A stretch of DNA of 64,000 nt from Lama guanicoe (taxonomy: Eukaryota). A model generated the notes under the pieces. It was given only the letters and a program-made list of their open reading frames with translations, ran no database searches and was not told where the DNA came from. The stretch is taken from positions 1,686,477-1,750,476 of the forward strand of contig MU056134.1 in the NCBI GenBank assembly GCA_013239625.1, in the 5' to 3' direction. Below are positions 12,401 to 24,620 of this stretch, one piece after another (within the stretch, counting starts at the first letter, position 1; every line of letters begins with the position of its first letter). Made by a program: the position numbers and the translations under genes.

Positions 12401-12657
12401 ATACACAAACTAGTGAATATAACAAAAGAAGCAGACTCACAAACATAGAGAACGAACTAGTGGGCACCAGTAGGGAGGGGAGGGACAACACAGGGGTCAG
12501 GGAATGAAGAGGTACAAACTATTGGGTATCAGATGGGCTCAAGGATGTATTATACAACACGGAAAATACAGCCAATATTTTGTAATAACTATAAATGGAA
12601 AGTAACCTTTAAAAATTGTATAAAAAGAAAATAGAAAAAATTTTAATTAAAAAAAAG
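12401..12657 (+). mobile_element. 5'-truncated L1 3' end
   Basis: gaagcagactcac...gccaatattttgtaataactataaatgga followed by an A-tail; TSD aaaa(t/a)gggt(c/t)tatttcct. Confidence 0.85.
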
Positions 12658-13869
12658 GGTTTATTTCCTGCAGATGCTCCATGGCCTCAGGGCTGGCACA
12701 GGTGGTAAGATGAAAGGGCTGTGATTCAGTCTCAGCCCTGAGTAATACACTGGGTGGACAACAGCTACGTGGACAGTGTCCAGGAGCAGAAATTGGCCAG
12801 TGGCAACTTGGCCTCCACGGGCCTGGCCCCACTTTATGATGACTTGTTGAACTTTCCAATGGGGCAGTTCCAGCCCTGGCAAAGAGCAAGTCTCCTTTTC
12901 CACCCAGGAACAGGGTAACTCAGGCCAGCCCAGAACAGCAGCTCCAGCCACTCAGTCCCACCCTCATCCACACCCCCTGAGATTGCGTCACACAGCCACA
13001 GGCGCACAGCAGGCACTCAATAAATGCTCACAGACTCACTGGCATCATCCCACAGGCCCTTCCAGGGCATCCTTCAGAAGGGGCTGCCCCTCCATCAGGA
13101 AGCCAGGCACTGGATTTTCACAGAGAAATGTAATTCGGCCTCCTCCTCAGCAGCAGTGGCCCAGCTGTCTAATTTATTATTAGCAACAGCCCTAGCCACC
13201 CAAATCAGAGCCGTGGCCAGCGTTTCCCCTCGGGCTCTGCTTTAACAGCCAGTCAAGTAGGCCGTGAAATCATCACCGAGAGCCAGTGCCCAGCCGAGGA
13301 AACCACAGGCTGGGCCCCAAGGTTCGGTGAGGGTTCAAGCCCTGTCCTCCCCACCTCCCAGTATAGAAAGCACCTGGTCTTCGGACAAAGCGAGTCCTTG
13401 TGGGGAGAAGCTGAAGACGGCCCAGGGCAGCAGGAGCAGGAATGAACAAGCACTGCAAGGCCAGCCTTGAGGAGTCTTCCTGACGCCCCTACTTGCCCAT
13501 CCCAGTGTCAGCCCCTGGCCTAGGCGGTGAAGCAGTAGAAGCAAAGGAAGGAATTCAGGGTGTGCGAGTCTAGGAGGGCCACGGCCCCATCTCAGCGCCC
13601 TGTGCACAGACCGCACCCCTCCCCCTGGACAGCCAACTTATCCTCAATGCGTGCCCCCAGTAAATCGCATCCAGACACAGGTCCTGTTCCTAACAAGCCT
13701 CCCTCCCCCTCTCCCCTGTGCAACCTTCATGCTCCTCTTTCCCTTCTTTGGTCTCCCTTCCCACCAGCTCACACTGAACACTGCTCCTCAGCGGCTGGGG
13801 TCCCGCAGAGGCACGGCCTCAGCTCCATCAACCTGGGCCAGGAGCCTGTAGGGCTCTCTTATCTACGGC

Positions 13870-14005
13870 AATGGTGATACAACAGAATCACCTGGAGGGC
13901 TTGTTAAAACACAGGGTCCTGGCCCAGCCCCTAGAGAATCCGCAGTTCTAACAAGTTCCCAGGTGAAACTGATACTCTTGATCCAGGAACTGTGAGAACC
14001 ACTGA
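13870..14005. mobile_element. MER5-like MITE
   Basis: agaatcacctggagggcttgttaaaacacag...tctaacaagttcccaggtga...gagaaccactg. Confidence 0.7.
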
Positions 14006-14214
14006 CCTATAGAATTAATCATGTTTAATGCAGGAGGTGTGTGAAAGGGACAAACCTGGCCAGAGCAGAGATGGGGCAGGGAGGAAGGGTGAGGAGGATG
14101 GCTGAGTCTTTACAGGACATCTTAAAAATTAGGCAGATTTCTATTTAAATCTGTAAGAAAGGATTTGAAAATGCAAATGACTGCCAGTACCAGGCAAGTA
14201 ACATAAAAGAATGA

Positions 14215-16830
14215 GGAGATAACAATAGATTGAATCAGTAATCAAAAACCTCCCAACAAAGAAAAGTCCAAGATCAGCTGGCTTCCTGGTAAATTCCACC
14301 AAACATTTAAAGAAGAATTAGCACCAATCCTTCATAAACTCTTCCAAAAAACTGAAGGGGAGGGAACACTTCCTAACTCATTCTATGAGGCCAGCATTAC
14401 CAAAACCATACAAAGAANNNNNNNNNNNNNNNNNNNNNNNNNNNNNNNNNNNNNNNNNNNNNNNNNNNNNNNNNNNNNNNNNNNNNNNNNNNNNNNNNNN
14501 NNNNNNNNNNNNNNNNNNNNNNNNNNNNNNNNNNNNNNNNNNNNNNNNNNNNNNNNNNNNNNNNNNNNNNNNNTATAATACATCACACTAACAGAATGAA
14601 GGGGAAAAAAACCACACAGTCATCTCAATTGATGCAGAAAGAGCACTTGACAAAATTTAATAACTTTCCTTGATTAAAAAAAAATCCAGAAAATTAGGAA
14701 TAGAAAGGAACTTCCTCAACATGATAAAGGGTGTTTTGTTTTTTTTTAATCCATGCTAACATCATGCTCAATGATACTGAAAGCTTCCCCCAAAGATCAG
14801 GAACAAAACAAGGATGCCCACTTTCACAACCACTAATCAGCATATGGAAAGTTCTAGCCAGAATAATTAGATAAGAGAAAGAAATGAAAGGCATTCAAAT
14901 TGGAAAGGAAGAAATAAAACTATCTCTATTTGCAAATGACATGATCCAATATAGAAAACCCAAAGAATCCACAAAAACACTACTAGAGCTAATAAAGGAA
15001 GTCAGCAAACTTGCAGAGTACAAGATCAACACACAAAAGTCATCTGTAGTTCTATACACCAGCAATAAACAATCTGAAAAAACAACTCTATTTGCAAGAG
15101 CATCAAAAAGAATGAAATATCTAAAGTAACTTAACCAAGGAGGTAAAAGACTTGTACACTGAAAACTAAAACTTATTGATGAAAGAAATGAAAGAAGACT
15201 TAAATAAATGGTACGACGTCCCTCGTTCATGGGATGAATGACTTAGTATTTGTAAGATGGCAATAACCACCCAAAGTGATCTACAAACTCGGTCCAATCC
15301 CTATCAAAATCCCAGCTGGGATTCTTTGTAGAAATTTAAAATATGATCCTAAAATTGATGTGGAAACTCAAGAAACTCAGGATAGCCAACACATTCTTGA
15401 AAAAAACTCACAATTCCCAATTTCAAAACTTACTACAAAGCTACAGTGACCAAAACAGTGTGGTACTGGCATAAGGGTAGACACACAGACCAATGGAATA
15501 GAATTTAGAGTCTACAGATAAATCCATTCATTTATGGCCAACTGCCTCTTGACAACAGTGCCAAGCTCAATCAGTGGGAAAAGAACAGTCTTTTCAACAA
15601 ATGGTGCTAGAAAAATTGGATACCCAGATGCAAAAGAAATGAAGTTCGACACCTTTGCCTCACCATATACAAAAATATAAAAAGCAACAACCTAAACCTA
15701 AGAGCTGAAACTGTAAAACTCCTAGATGAAAATGTAAGGGTAAATTCTCATAATCTTAGATTTGGCAATAGATTCTTAGATATGATACCAATTTTTAAAN
15801 NNNNNNNNNNNNNNNNNNNNNNNNNNNNNNNNNNNNNNNNNNNNNNNNNNNNNNNNNNNNNNNNNNNNNNNNNNNNNNNNNNNNNNNNNNNNNNNNNNNN
15901 NNNNNNNNNNNNNNNNNNNNNNNNNNNNNNNNNNNNNNNNNNNNNNNNNNNNNNNNNNNNNNNNNNNNNNNNNNNNNNNNNNNNNNNNNNNNNNNNNNNN
16001 NNNNNNNNNNNNNNNNNNNNNNNNNNNNNNNNNNNNNNNNNNNNNNNNNNNNNNGCTCTGCATCATTAGTTGTGGGGAAATGCAAATCAACACCATAATG
16101 AGATACCACTTTCATACCCTNNNNNNNNNNNNNNNNNNNNNNNNNNNNNNNNNNNNNNNNNNNNNNNNNNNNNNNNNNNNNNNNNNNNNNNNNNNNNNNN
16201 NNNNNNNNNNNNNNNNNNNNNNNNNNNNNNNNNNNNNNNNNNNNNNNNNNNNNNNNNNNNNNNNNNNNNNNNNNNNNNNNNNNNNNNNNNNNNNNNNNNN
16301 NNNNNNNNNNNNAATAGGTACTCAGACAAAAACCTGCACACGAACATTGTTCACCTGTANNNNNNNNNNNNNNNNNNNNNNNNNNNNNNNNNNNNNNNNN
16401 NNNNNNNNNNNNNNNNNNNNNNNNNNNNNNNNNNNNNNNNNNNNNNNNNNNNNNNNNNNNNNNNNNNNNNNNNNNNNNNNNNNNNNNNNNNNNNNNNNNN
16501 NNNNNNNNNNNNNNNNNNNNNNNNNNNNNNNNNNNNNNNNNNNNNNNNNNNNNNNNNNNNNNNNNNNNNNNNNNNNNNNNNNNNNNNNNNNNNNNNNNNN
16601 NNNNNNNNNNNNNNNNNNNNNNNNNNNNNNNNNNNNNNNNNNNNNNNGGCTGGAGTTGCGAGGGAGAACGGAGAGCAACTCCTTTAAGGGATTTTATTTC
16701 AGGGTGATGGAAACAGTTTAGAACTAGATGGAGGTGACAGATGCACAACATTGTGAATATACTAAATGTCACTGAATTGTTCACTTTAAATGATTGATTT
16801 TATGTTATGTAAATTTCCCCTCAACACAAT
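14215..16830 (+). mobile_element. L1 ORF2 (RT region to 3'UTR), degenerate, with four N-gaps
   Basis: ORF 14884..15129 gives [20 protein letters not shown] (L1 RT, decayed FADD motif) and YKINTQKS; SGTKQGCPLS upstream; L1 3'UTR at the end. Confidence 0.93.
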
Positions 16831-16879
16831 AACAAGAGTTGGGGGATGAAACACTGCTGAACTGAAGAGTGCATACTCC

Positions 16880-17085
16880 TTCCAAAAGAGACAGCTGCTG
16901 CTCACCTCCGCCAGGCTGCGAGCAAAAATGCAAGTTCACTGTCACCAGAGTTTGCAACTTTTCAAGACAAGCCAGAAATCCAAATTTGGATGTGAAGTCT
17001 CCCAATTTGTATACATTGATAACCAATTCAATTTTTGTTCATCTCTACGTGGACCAAACAAAATTCATCTATGAGCCAAGTCAGT
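16880..17085. mobile_element. Probable old hAT-type MER fragment
   Basis: caagccagaaatccaaatttggatgtgaagtctcccaattt resembles hAT-Charlie MER sequences; family not resolved. Confidence 0.4.
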
Positions 17086-17394
17086 CCGTAAGACGCAACT
17101 TCCAAGCTCTGCTCTGTACAACAGGGAGCCATCGAATGTTCCTGAGCTGGAAAATGAGACGATATAAGGAAAGTTTAGTGAGCCCCAAGGTATCCTGTGC
17201 TGGAGATATGTGATATGCCAGGCACTTGGGGCACTGAATCAGGCACACTACAAATACCACTCCGTGAGTCCCACAAGTGACTAGGGAGGAAGGGTTACAG
17301 AGATAGGAGGGACTGAATGATTAAGCAACTCACCCAAAGTGAACACACTTAGTAAAGGCAAAAGCCAGATTCGAGTCCAGATCTGTCTGCGTTT

Positions 17395-17850
17395 GCCAAC
17401 TCCACATCTCACATGCATGTCTGATAGGACTCTCAGATTTAACTAGGCGCAACAGAACACTCAGTAACTCCTTTTTTTTTTTTTTTAAATCATCAGCTCT
17501 TTCCCTCAAAAACTTTCCTCCACCCTAGCCAGTCTCCGCATCGTCCACTCATCCTGACGCTCAGGACAAAACTCCCAGGGTCATTACTGATTTCTTCTTC
17601 CTCATTCCCCACACCCAGTTGACCTATAAGTTCACTGTCAGAACATATCCTAAGTCCAAGCACTTCTCAGCTCCATCATCTTCATCACCCCTTATCAGGA
17701 CCCGGCAGCAGCCTCCTCACCAGCCTCCCGGCCTCCACACCACTGCCTCCCTAATTAGATCCCCCAACAACAGCTACATGGCCTTTCTGGAAGATTCGTC
17801 AGATGACATCCGTCTCCAGCTTAAAACCCTCCAAGGTGCCCCTCCACACC
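17395..17850 (+). mobile_element. L2 LINE fragment
   Basis: Pyrimidine-rich L2 motifs (ctcaggacaaaactcccagggtcat, gcttaaaaccctccaa). Confidence 0.65.
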
Positions 17851-18846
17851 CCTGCCAAGGTCTGGGGGGCCAGGCCATTTCTGTTTGTAACACAGTCATC
17901 AGGCTCACACCCCAGTACCCAGTGGTGGCACAGCCTGAGATTGAGGGGATCCTTGGTCCAACCCCCCAACAAATGTCCAATTGCTCCCCGCATGCATCCC
18001 TAAACTGTCACCCTCAGCTCCCCTAGAGAAAGGAAGATACATAGCCCAGGAAGAGAAAGAAAGGAAAGAACACAGCCCACCCGTGCCTGCAGGAAGCAGG
18101 TCATGAATGAGAGGAGGCCAGTGGTCCCAACCCGGCCGAGTCAGCCTGGGCCCCCTTGTTGACCAGGAGGGACACAAGCACCTGGCAGAGCTGAAACAGG
18201 GAGCCCACAGAGCCTCCAGGGACAACCTGACTTGGCAGGAGAGGACCTTGACTCCCAGGCGAGCCGGAACGTCACACACACCACCCTGTGTCACACTAAC
18301 CGCACGGCTCGGAGTTTCTGTGACAGGACAGAGTCCCCTGCCAGGGCCATCCTGGGCACACAGCACAAAGGGGAGAGGGCTGGACCCACAGGCCTGGCCA
18401 AGCGTCTGGAGCCAGGTGGAAGCCAACTACAGAGTCCCTCCCTCACCTGCCCTGCCACCCACCCTGGAACAATGCCTGCAGCTGGCTGGGGGTCCCAGGC
18501 TGGCCCAGCACCAGAAGGCCTTGTCAGGGGATCACAGAGGTGAGCTTTGCCCGGTTCCCATGCCAGGACCCCCACCTCAGATCTCCAGGCCAGGAAGGAA
18601 AAGCTCTGGTCCCCAACTCTATACCACGCCCTCCCACATCCACTCCCCACACATAGTCCCCTCTGTCCCTGACCTCCATTCCTCCTTCCCCTGAGTGACA
18701 GGTGGCTTCTGTAGCCCACAATAGGCCAACAGCCACCAGGAGCTCCCTGCCAGGTGACAGCAGGAGGGGCTCTGGCTCCTCCCCAACCCACCCACTCCAG
18801 GCAGCTGGTGTGGACAGGCATTCCCCCATAGCTGGGGGACACTCAC

Positions 18847-18873
18847 CAAAAGGTTCTTTAAGAAATCCATCAT
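18847..18873 (-). CDS. Putative coding part of an alternative first exon (MMDFLKNLL)
   Basis: AAG ATG ATG G in good Kozak context, 27 nt to the donor TTG|gtgagt, phase 0 matching exon 8458; sequence-only inference. Confidence 0.4.
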
Positions 18874-18961
18874 CTTCCACCAGTGCCTTCTTCCCCTGTG
18901 AGTCGGGGGGCCCCGTCTGTCTGCCTGAGCAGCCCTGTAGCTGTGGCTGCCACCACCCCAG

Positions 18962-18985
18962 CTGCTGCTGCTGCTGCTGCTGCTG
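18962..18985. repeat. (CTG)8/(CAG)8 trinucleotide repeat
   Basis: Seen directly. Confidence 0.97.
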
Positions 18986-19070
18986 ACGTTGGACAACTTC
19001 CTTAAGATCAAACAAGGAACTGCAGGATTTGGGTGTCCGCCCAGAGCTGTTATTCCACATTGACTAGCCC

Positions 19071-19083
19071 TGACCTTTGACCC
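19071..19083 (-). promoter_or_regulatory. DR1 nuclear-receptor motif GGGTCAAAGGTCA
   Basis: Exact RGGTCA-A-AGGTCA direct repeat; function not shown. Confidence 0.45.
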
Positions 19084-21139
19084 TCTCCTTCTCCGGGGCT
19101 GTTCTTCTGGGGAGCTCAGGGCCAGTGGAGCCACCCCACATCACACATAGGAAGTGCAAGGGGTCCCTCCCAGCAGGTTGTGAGGGGAGACCCATCTGCG
19201 GGTCAGGGTGCAGGGAGCATTCCTGTCCTTCCAGCCTTATCTTGAGCAAGTTCCCGGTGCTGCTGGCCTGTGATGTGGGCTGGGAGGCAGGACGGGGGCA
19301 CAGGATGCCAGGGACACAGCAGGTCTGAACGAGACGCAGTGTCTGATGTGCTGTGAGACTCAGGGCAGGCCCCCTGGGCTTGGGGCCTCAACTTTCCCAT
19401 CTGTGAATTAAGACGTCCTATATGTAAGAATAAAAGCAAAGCAGAAGAAAGACAGCAGGTGCCTGCATCTTGAAAGGCATTCACGTGGACCTCACAGAGC
19501 CTGAAACCTCCTACTTAAAGGTTTGAAGCAACAGCGCAAAAAGTAAGGCGTGACTCCTTTGCAGGTGGGACTTGCAGGAGGGGACAGAGGCCCAGGGAAC
19601 TGCTTTCTTTCACAAAACAGCCTGAGTTTTGTTTTTTAATTATTGCACGTATTACTTTGGTCTAAATTTTTTTTCATGTGCCTTAAAAAAGAGAGCAGTT
19701 CTCATGTCCTGTGGCTATCCCACAAGAAAAATTAAAAACAAATAAAGCAAATGGCTTGGGAAGACTCATATGGCATCTGTGGCCAGGGGCCCAGAGGCAT
19801 CAAGTGCTGTGTTATTAGCAAGAGTGAGAAGCCAGGCCCCAGAGCTCAGCCCAGGGCTCACCTGGGTCTCGGAGTCTCTTCCAGCACTAACAAACACATC
19901 ACATTTGATATCCATCCACGGTCCTTGGTCCCGTTCCAGTTTGGGGAGAGTGGCGATGTCCCAGCTCAAAAGGAAAGGAATTAATTTTAAATCTCTCAAA
20001 AAAAAAAAAAAAAAGGCAGCATGGTGTGGAAGAAATAGCCCTGGACTTAATGTGGCTATGCTACGTACTGAGCTGGTTACTCAGCCTCTGAGCCTTAGTT
20101 TCCATATCTGTAAAATGAAGAAATCTAGCCCATCTGCACGGGTATGGTGTATATAACATGTCCAGGGAGGGTAAGACACAAATACCCTCAGTCAACGGCA
20201 ACTATGATCTTCATTCCTTCCTCCCAGCGCTGGCTCCACACTCACTCTTCATGCCTCAGCCCCCAAGACAGCGTGAAAAGTACCCCCCCACCTGCTCAGC
20301 CCCACCTAGGCGCCCCATCTGGTCTCTGCCCTCCCCACTTCAGCCCAGCCTGCTTCCAGACCCACAGCCCACCTCCCTTCTCCAGCACTTGTGCGAGCTC
20401 TGGAAACCCGAACAGCACCCATGGGAGATCAGAGGGGCCAGGAAATGGCCCCAGGCACTGAGGGACAGCACGGCTCCATCGAGATCAGAGAAGGTCTTGG
20501 CACGGGTCCATCCCTGGGTGCTTCAAGGGACAGTGAAGGTCAGGGAAGGGAGGAAGGGGACAGAGTTCTAGAATGTGAAATGGACCATCTCACACATTTG
20601 GAAGAGTCATGGGCTAGAGGGAACCCTGGCTGCGGAGAAGGCTGGCAAATGTTCCTTCCAGCAATTCCGATCTAGAAGACTATGTTAGGAGAAGGGGTAT
20701 GGCCAAGCCCACCTAAAGGGGCCTGACTGGGCTGTCCCTAATGAGCCCTTTTCTCCCTCCCCCGGAGAAAGGAATCCTGGATAAGGTTGCTATGTCCTCA
20801 GCATCCTCCCTGTTTCCTCCCACACCTGCTTCTGGCTCATGTGCATTCCTGCTCTGAACCAATGAGTCAATAGCAGACCCCACCCCCACCCTACTCTGCA
20901 GGCAGGCTCCGCAGGACATGCCACATCCAGAAAACTTCTGCAACCCTTTTGGCCACAGCACCCCAGGGCCCAGGAAGCCTTGTGGTCCAAGCCCCCTGCC
21001 TCTGTGCAGGAATGCATTCAGAGGCTTCAAGGAAGGAGACAGATAGGCAAGTAATTTATTAATCACCTCTGGGCCAGGCACTGGCTCAGGACTGGGGACC
21101 CTAGGAAGATCAGCCTCAGTTCCTCTCCTCCTACCCACT

Positions 21140-21400
21140 CTCCTTTACTTGGTTGACCCCTACTTGTCCTTTAGGCCTTAGTTTGGCAATCACCTCCTCC
21201 AGGAAGCCTTCCTGACCTCCACCTCTCCCTTAGGTAGGACTCCCAGAGCATCCTGCACATGCCCTATCAAATCACTTATCTCTCTACATTGTAATTTCTC
21301 ATTGAATTGTCTGTTTCCCTTACTTCATCCATTAACCTCAGCACCTGGTAAACAGATGTTCAATAAAGACTTGCTGAATGAAGGACTGAATAGGAACTGA
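21140..21400 (+). mobile_element. L2 3' fragment
   Basis: cacctcctccaggaagccttccctgacc...caataaagacttgctgaatgaa. Confidence 0.7.
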
Positions 21401-22309
21401 CTTCTATCTAGCAACTAACACAATCACAGAAGTAAATAATTGGAACCTGATAAAGGAGGAACAGTAATGGGGGTGCACCAATGCCTGCATGGATGCACAG
21501 AGGAGTGGACAATGGCTGTGCTGCAAAGGAGGGACCTTCCCACAGGGGCTATTCTCCCCATTTTGCAGATAAGGCCACAGAGGTACAAGAAAATCAAGTC
21601 CTGCATCTAAGGATACACAGTGATAGAGCAGGAGTCAATGTCCGGGACCAGGATCATTCCTACTACCTCCCATCTGACACTATGGGAGGAGGTGGGAAAA
21701 GAAGCTCAGAGATGTCCATCGACCTGACCCGCTTAAGTTTACACAGCCTGTTAGAGGCAGCGCCAAGTGTTCCAGGTGGAAGATGGGATGCTGCGGAGAG
21801 AATGGACAGGAAAGGGGGAAAGGGGAAGAGAGAAAAGGTAAATGTACTTGTGCTAAACTCAGGGGTCAGGAAGGAGACTCCAGGCAGGGAGGCCCACAGC
21901 CCTAGGTAGGGTCATGAGCAGCTGTGGTAGCATGACCACACCTAGAGAGCTGGCGACCTCTCTGGGGTGGGCGGCAGAGGAGTGCCCACAGGCCAGGAGA
22001 ATGAGCCCTGAGGACAGGCAGGCACAGAAGAAGGAATGAAAGCCAGAGAGACCAACAGTCATTTGAGTGGGACAAAAATGCCCGCTGACCACTGGGAGAC
22101 GGGAAGGGGAGATTAAGGTCTGAGCACATTTCCTTTCTGTCAGATTAGCCTGCTAGCATCTGAATGAGGCCTCTCTTCCTTCTACACCAGAAAACCCACT
22201 ATTAAGAATGTCCAACGGTAACAGTAATTTGATTCATAAAATACCCTGCCTGCAGCAAGCCCACTGGGTCCAGCAGGGTTTCCCTCCCTGCCTATCGTTT
22301 TTCACCAGC

Positions 22310-22520
22310 AGCTGCGATCCAGTAAAAAGAGCACCAGACTGGGAATCAGACAGACCAGCATCCGAATCCCAGCCCAGCCTCTGGCCAGCTGTGACCTCGG
22401 GCCCCATTCTCTTCATTTGTAAAGTTGGAGTAATGATCCCCAGCTTCCCGGGGACGATGAAATGAGATGACAAACATGAGTGCCCTGAACACAGGGATGG
22501 CAACTGATCAACAAATGTTG
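22310..22520 (+). mobile_element. MIR SINE
   Basis: agagcaccagactgggaatcagacagac...gctgtgacctcgg...catttgtaaagttgg. Confidence 0.7.
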
Positions 22521-23013
22521 GGCGACGCTAAATTTATAGGATTAATTTGGTGATAGGAGCAGGTGACACTTACTGAGTTCTCACTATATGATGCCAGGCC
22601 CTTCACTAAGGATTTTGCATGCACCCTCTTATGTAATCCCACGGCTTCCCATGAGGCAGTTACTATTACCATCCCCACTCTACAGGTCGGGAAACTGAGG
22701 CTGAGAGTTCAATAAATAGGACATCAGGCGGCATCAGCGCTGTAAACACCACCAGCCTGCAGTGTCCATGCTTTGAACCACTGCACAAACAGGACCTGGG
22801 TACATCGTTCACATCAGCTGGTTGGTACACAAGAAACAGGATGCTCAAATCCCATCCCCCCCCCCTCCAGAACCTCAAGTCTTTTGGGACTCAACTTGGG
22901 TATCTATCATATGCTGTTTTATCTGAATGGCTAGAACCGTCAGATCTTTCCTCTAAACTGAAAATTCCTGGCGGGCAGAAGCTATGTCTACACACACCAG
23001 AGTTGTACACACA

Positions 23014-23206
23014 CCACATTTCATCAAATCTAGACTGGCCTCATCCATAGTAAGATACACATTATTATATGTAGCCCTAACAAAGCAAAAACACTGCTGA
23101 CAAGCTATGGCGCGATTGCTAGTGAAATGCAGCCTGATTTCAGAGATGTTAAATGGCCAGGGAGGGTGGAGGGTGGAGAGTGCGTCTTTGAAACGATGAA
23201 ATACAG
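23014..23206. mobile_element. TcMar-Tc2 (MER104/Kanga-like) MITE
   Basis: Degenerate terminal inverted repeats (catttcatcaaatctaga / tctttgaaacgatgaaatacag|ta) and internal cagagatgttaaat. Confidence 0.55.
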
Positions 23207-24499
23207 TAGTAGACACTCAGTAATTATTTGTACTCAGTAATTAATCCTCAGGGTAGTAGAAAGAATGCTAACTTGAAATCACAAGCCTCAAGTTTGAGTC
23301 TCACCAGCTGGCCCAGGGAGCGCTGCATTTCACTAAGACTCAATTTTCTCAACTATAAAGTGGCCAAAACACTTTCTCATGGTTCCAGGGGGACCATGAG
23401 AATCCGTTAAGAGTTCAAGAAAGTGCTTTATAAGCTGTCAAGCCCTGAACCAACCTATAGTGCAAACAGGATGAAGAGTGGACAGTGGGCACCATCCGCG
23501 GTTACGAGCAACACCAGCAGACCCTGTGGGTGTTTTTAAGAGCGTGGCCACCCAGGGACAGTTCAGCCCCATCTTCTAGGAAATACCTGGCGTTGCTGCT
23601 TCCAAGTTGTCCCTCCCTTGGAACCACCAGATCCCAGCCCAGCACTGGTTAAGGAATCTCGTGTCCACACCTGGAGGCTCTCCAAGCCAGGCTTCGGAAT
23701 GCCAGTCAGCAGAGCTTCTGGGTCTGATCACGTCTACAGCCTGAAATTTTCAGTCTTCCCAGCAAAGTTGGGCTCAGCTTCAGGTCTGAGCCTCATCATG
23801 GGGGGACTGGAAAAATAGCCTATGAATCTCATCAGGTTATTTGAAATAAACCTTGCTGGGCCTGCAACAGGGTGAACTAGAGGGTGAAGCACCCCGGGGG
23901 AGGCTACAACCTAAACAAAGCTTGGAAGCAGGAGAGTGAGGAGGGTGTTAGGGCTTTGGTCTCACCAGTGGCCATGCTTGTGGCCCAGGCAAGAAGCCCA
24001 GGTCCCCCTGCTTGTGTCTGTCCTGAGGAACAGGAAATAAAGCCACACTGAGGCTGAGAAGGTAGAACCATAGGGCAGTGTTGGCCTTCCAGAAAAATCT
24101 CTGCTTCCCTCCCAGCCCTGGTGTCCCTGAAATGCAGGGGCCAGTGCTCCCCGGCTGTGTCTCTCCTAACTAGCGCTGGTGGGCGAGGTCTGGTGGGCAT
24201 CAGAAGCATGGCTCCCTCCCTCCATCCTGCTAGGTGCTCTTTGTTCCTCGGGCAAGGCTCCTGCATAACCAGTATCCTTCCAGCTTCCTCACCTCTCACA
24301 CATTCCTCAGTTTCCTTCCCCTCTCCTTCTCCCCACCCCCCACCCCGACTCCTGCCCACTTCCCTGCTCACTCTTCGAGGGTGGAAACTGCAGCCACGCT
24401 GCCCAGCACAGCTGGACATTGGATTTCAGCGAGAGCAGCAGAAGCCCTGCCACCACCTCTCCCCCTCCCCCTCCACCAAGCAGGTTTTAAGAACCAAAC

Positions 24500-24620
24500 A
24501 ATACAAATATACACACACACACACACACACACACGTATATGACTGAGTCACTTTGCTGTATACCTGAAACTAACACAATATTGTAAATCAAATACACTTC
24601 AATTAAGAAAAAAAAAAAGA
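24500..24620 (+). mobile_element. Short L1 3' tail containing an (AC)n microsatellite
   Basis: actgagtcactttgctgtatacctgaaactaacacaatattgtaaatcaa followed by poly-A; TSD aagaaccaa(a/g)c. Confidence 0.85.

Noticed and set aside
14884-15129. Reverse-transcriptase-like ORF as a functional RT
   Set aside because: Fragment of a 5'-truncated, frameshifted L1 ORF2 with the catalytic motif decayed to FAND
10069-16784. Long X-containing ORFs
   Set aside because: Artefacts of N-gaps inside decayed L1 elements
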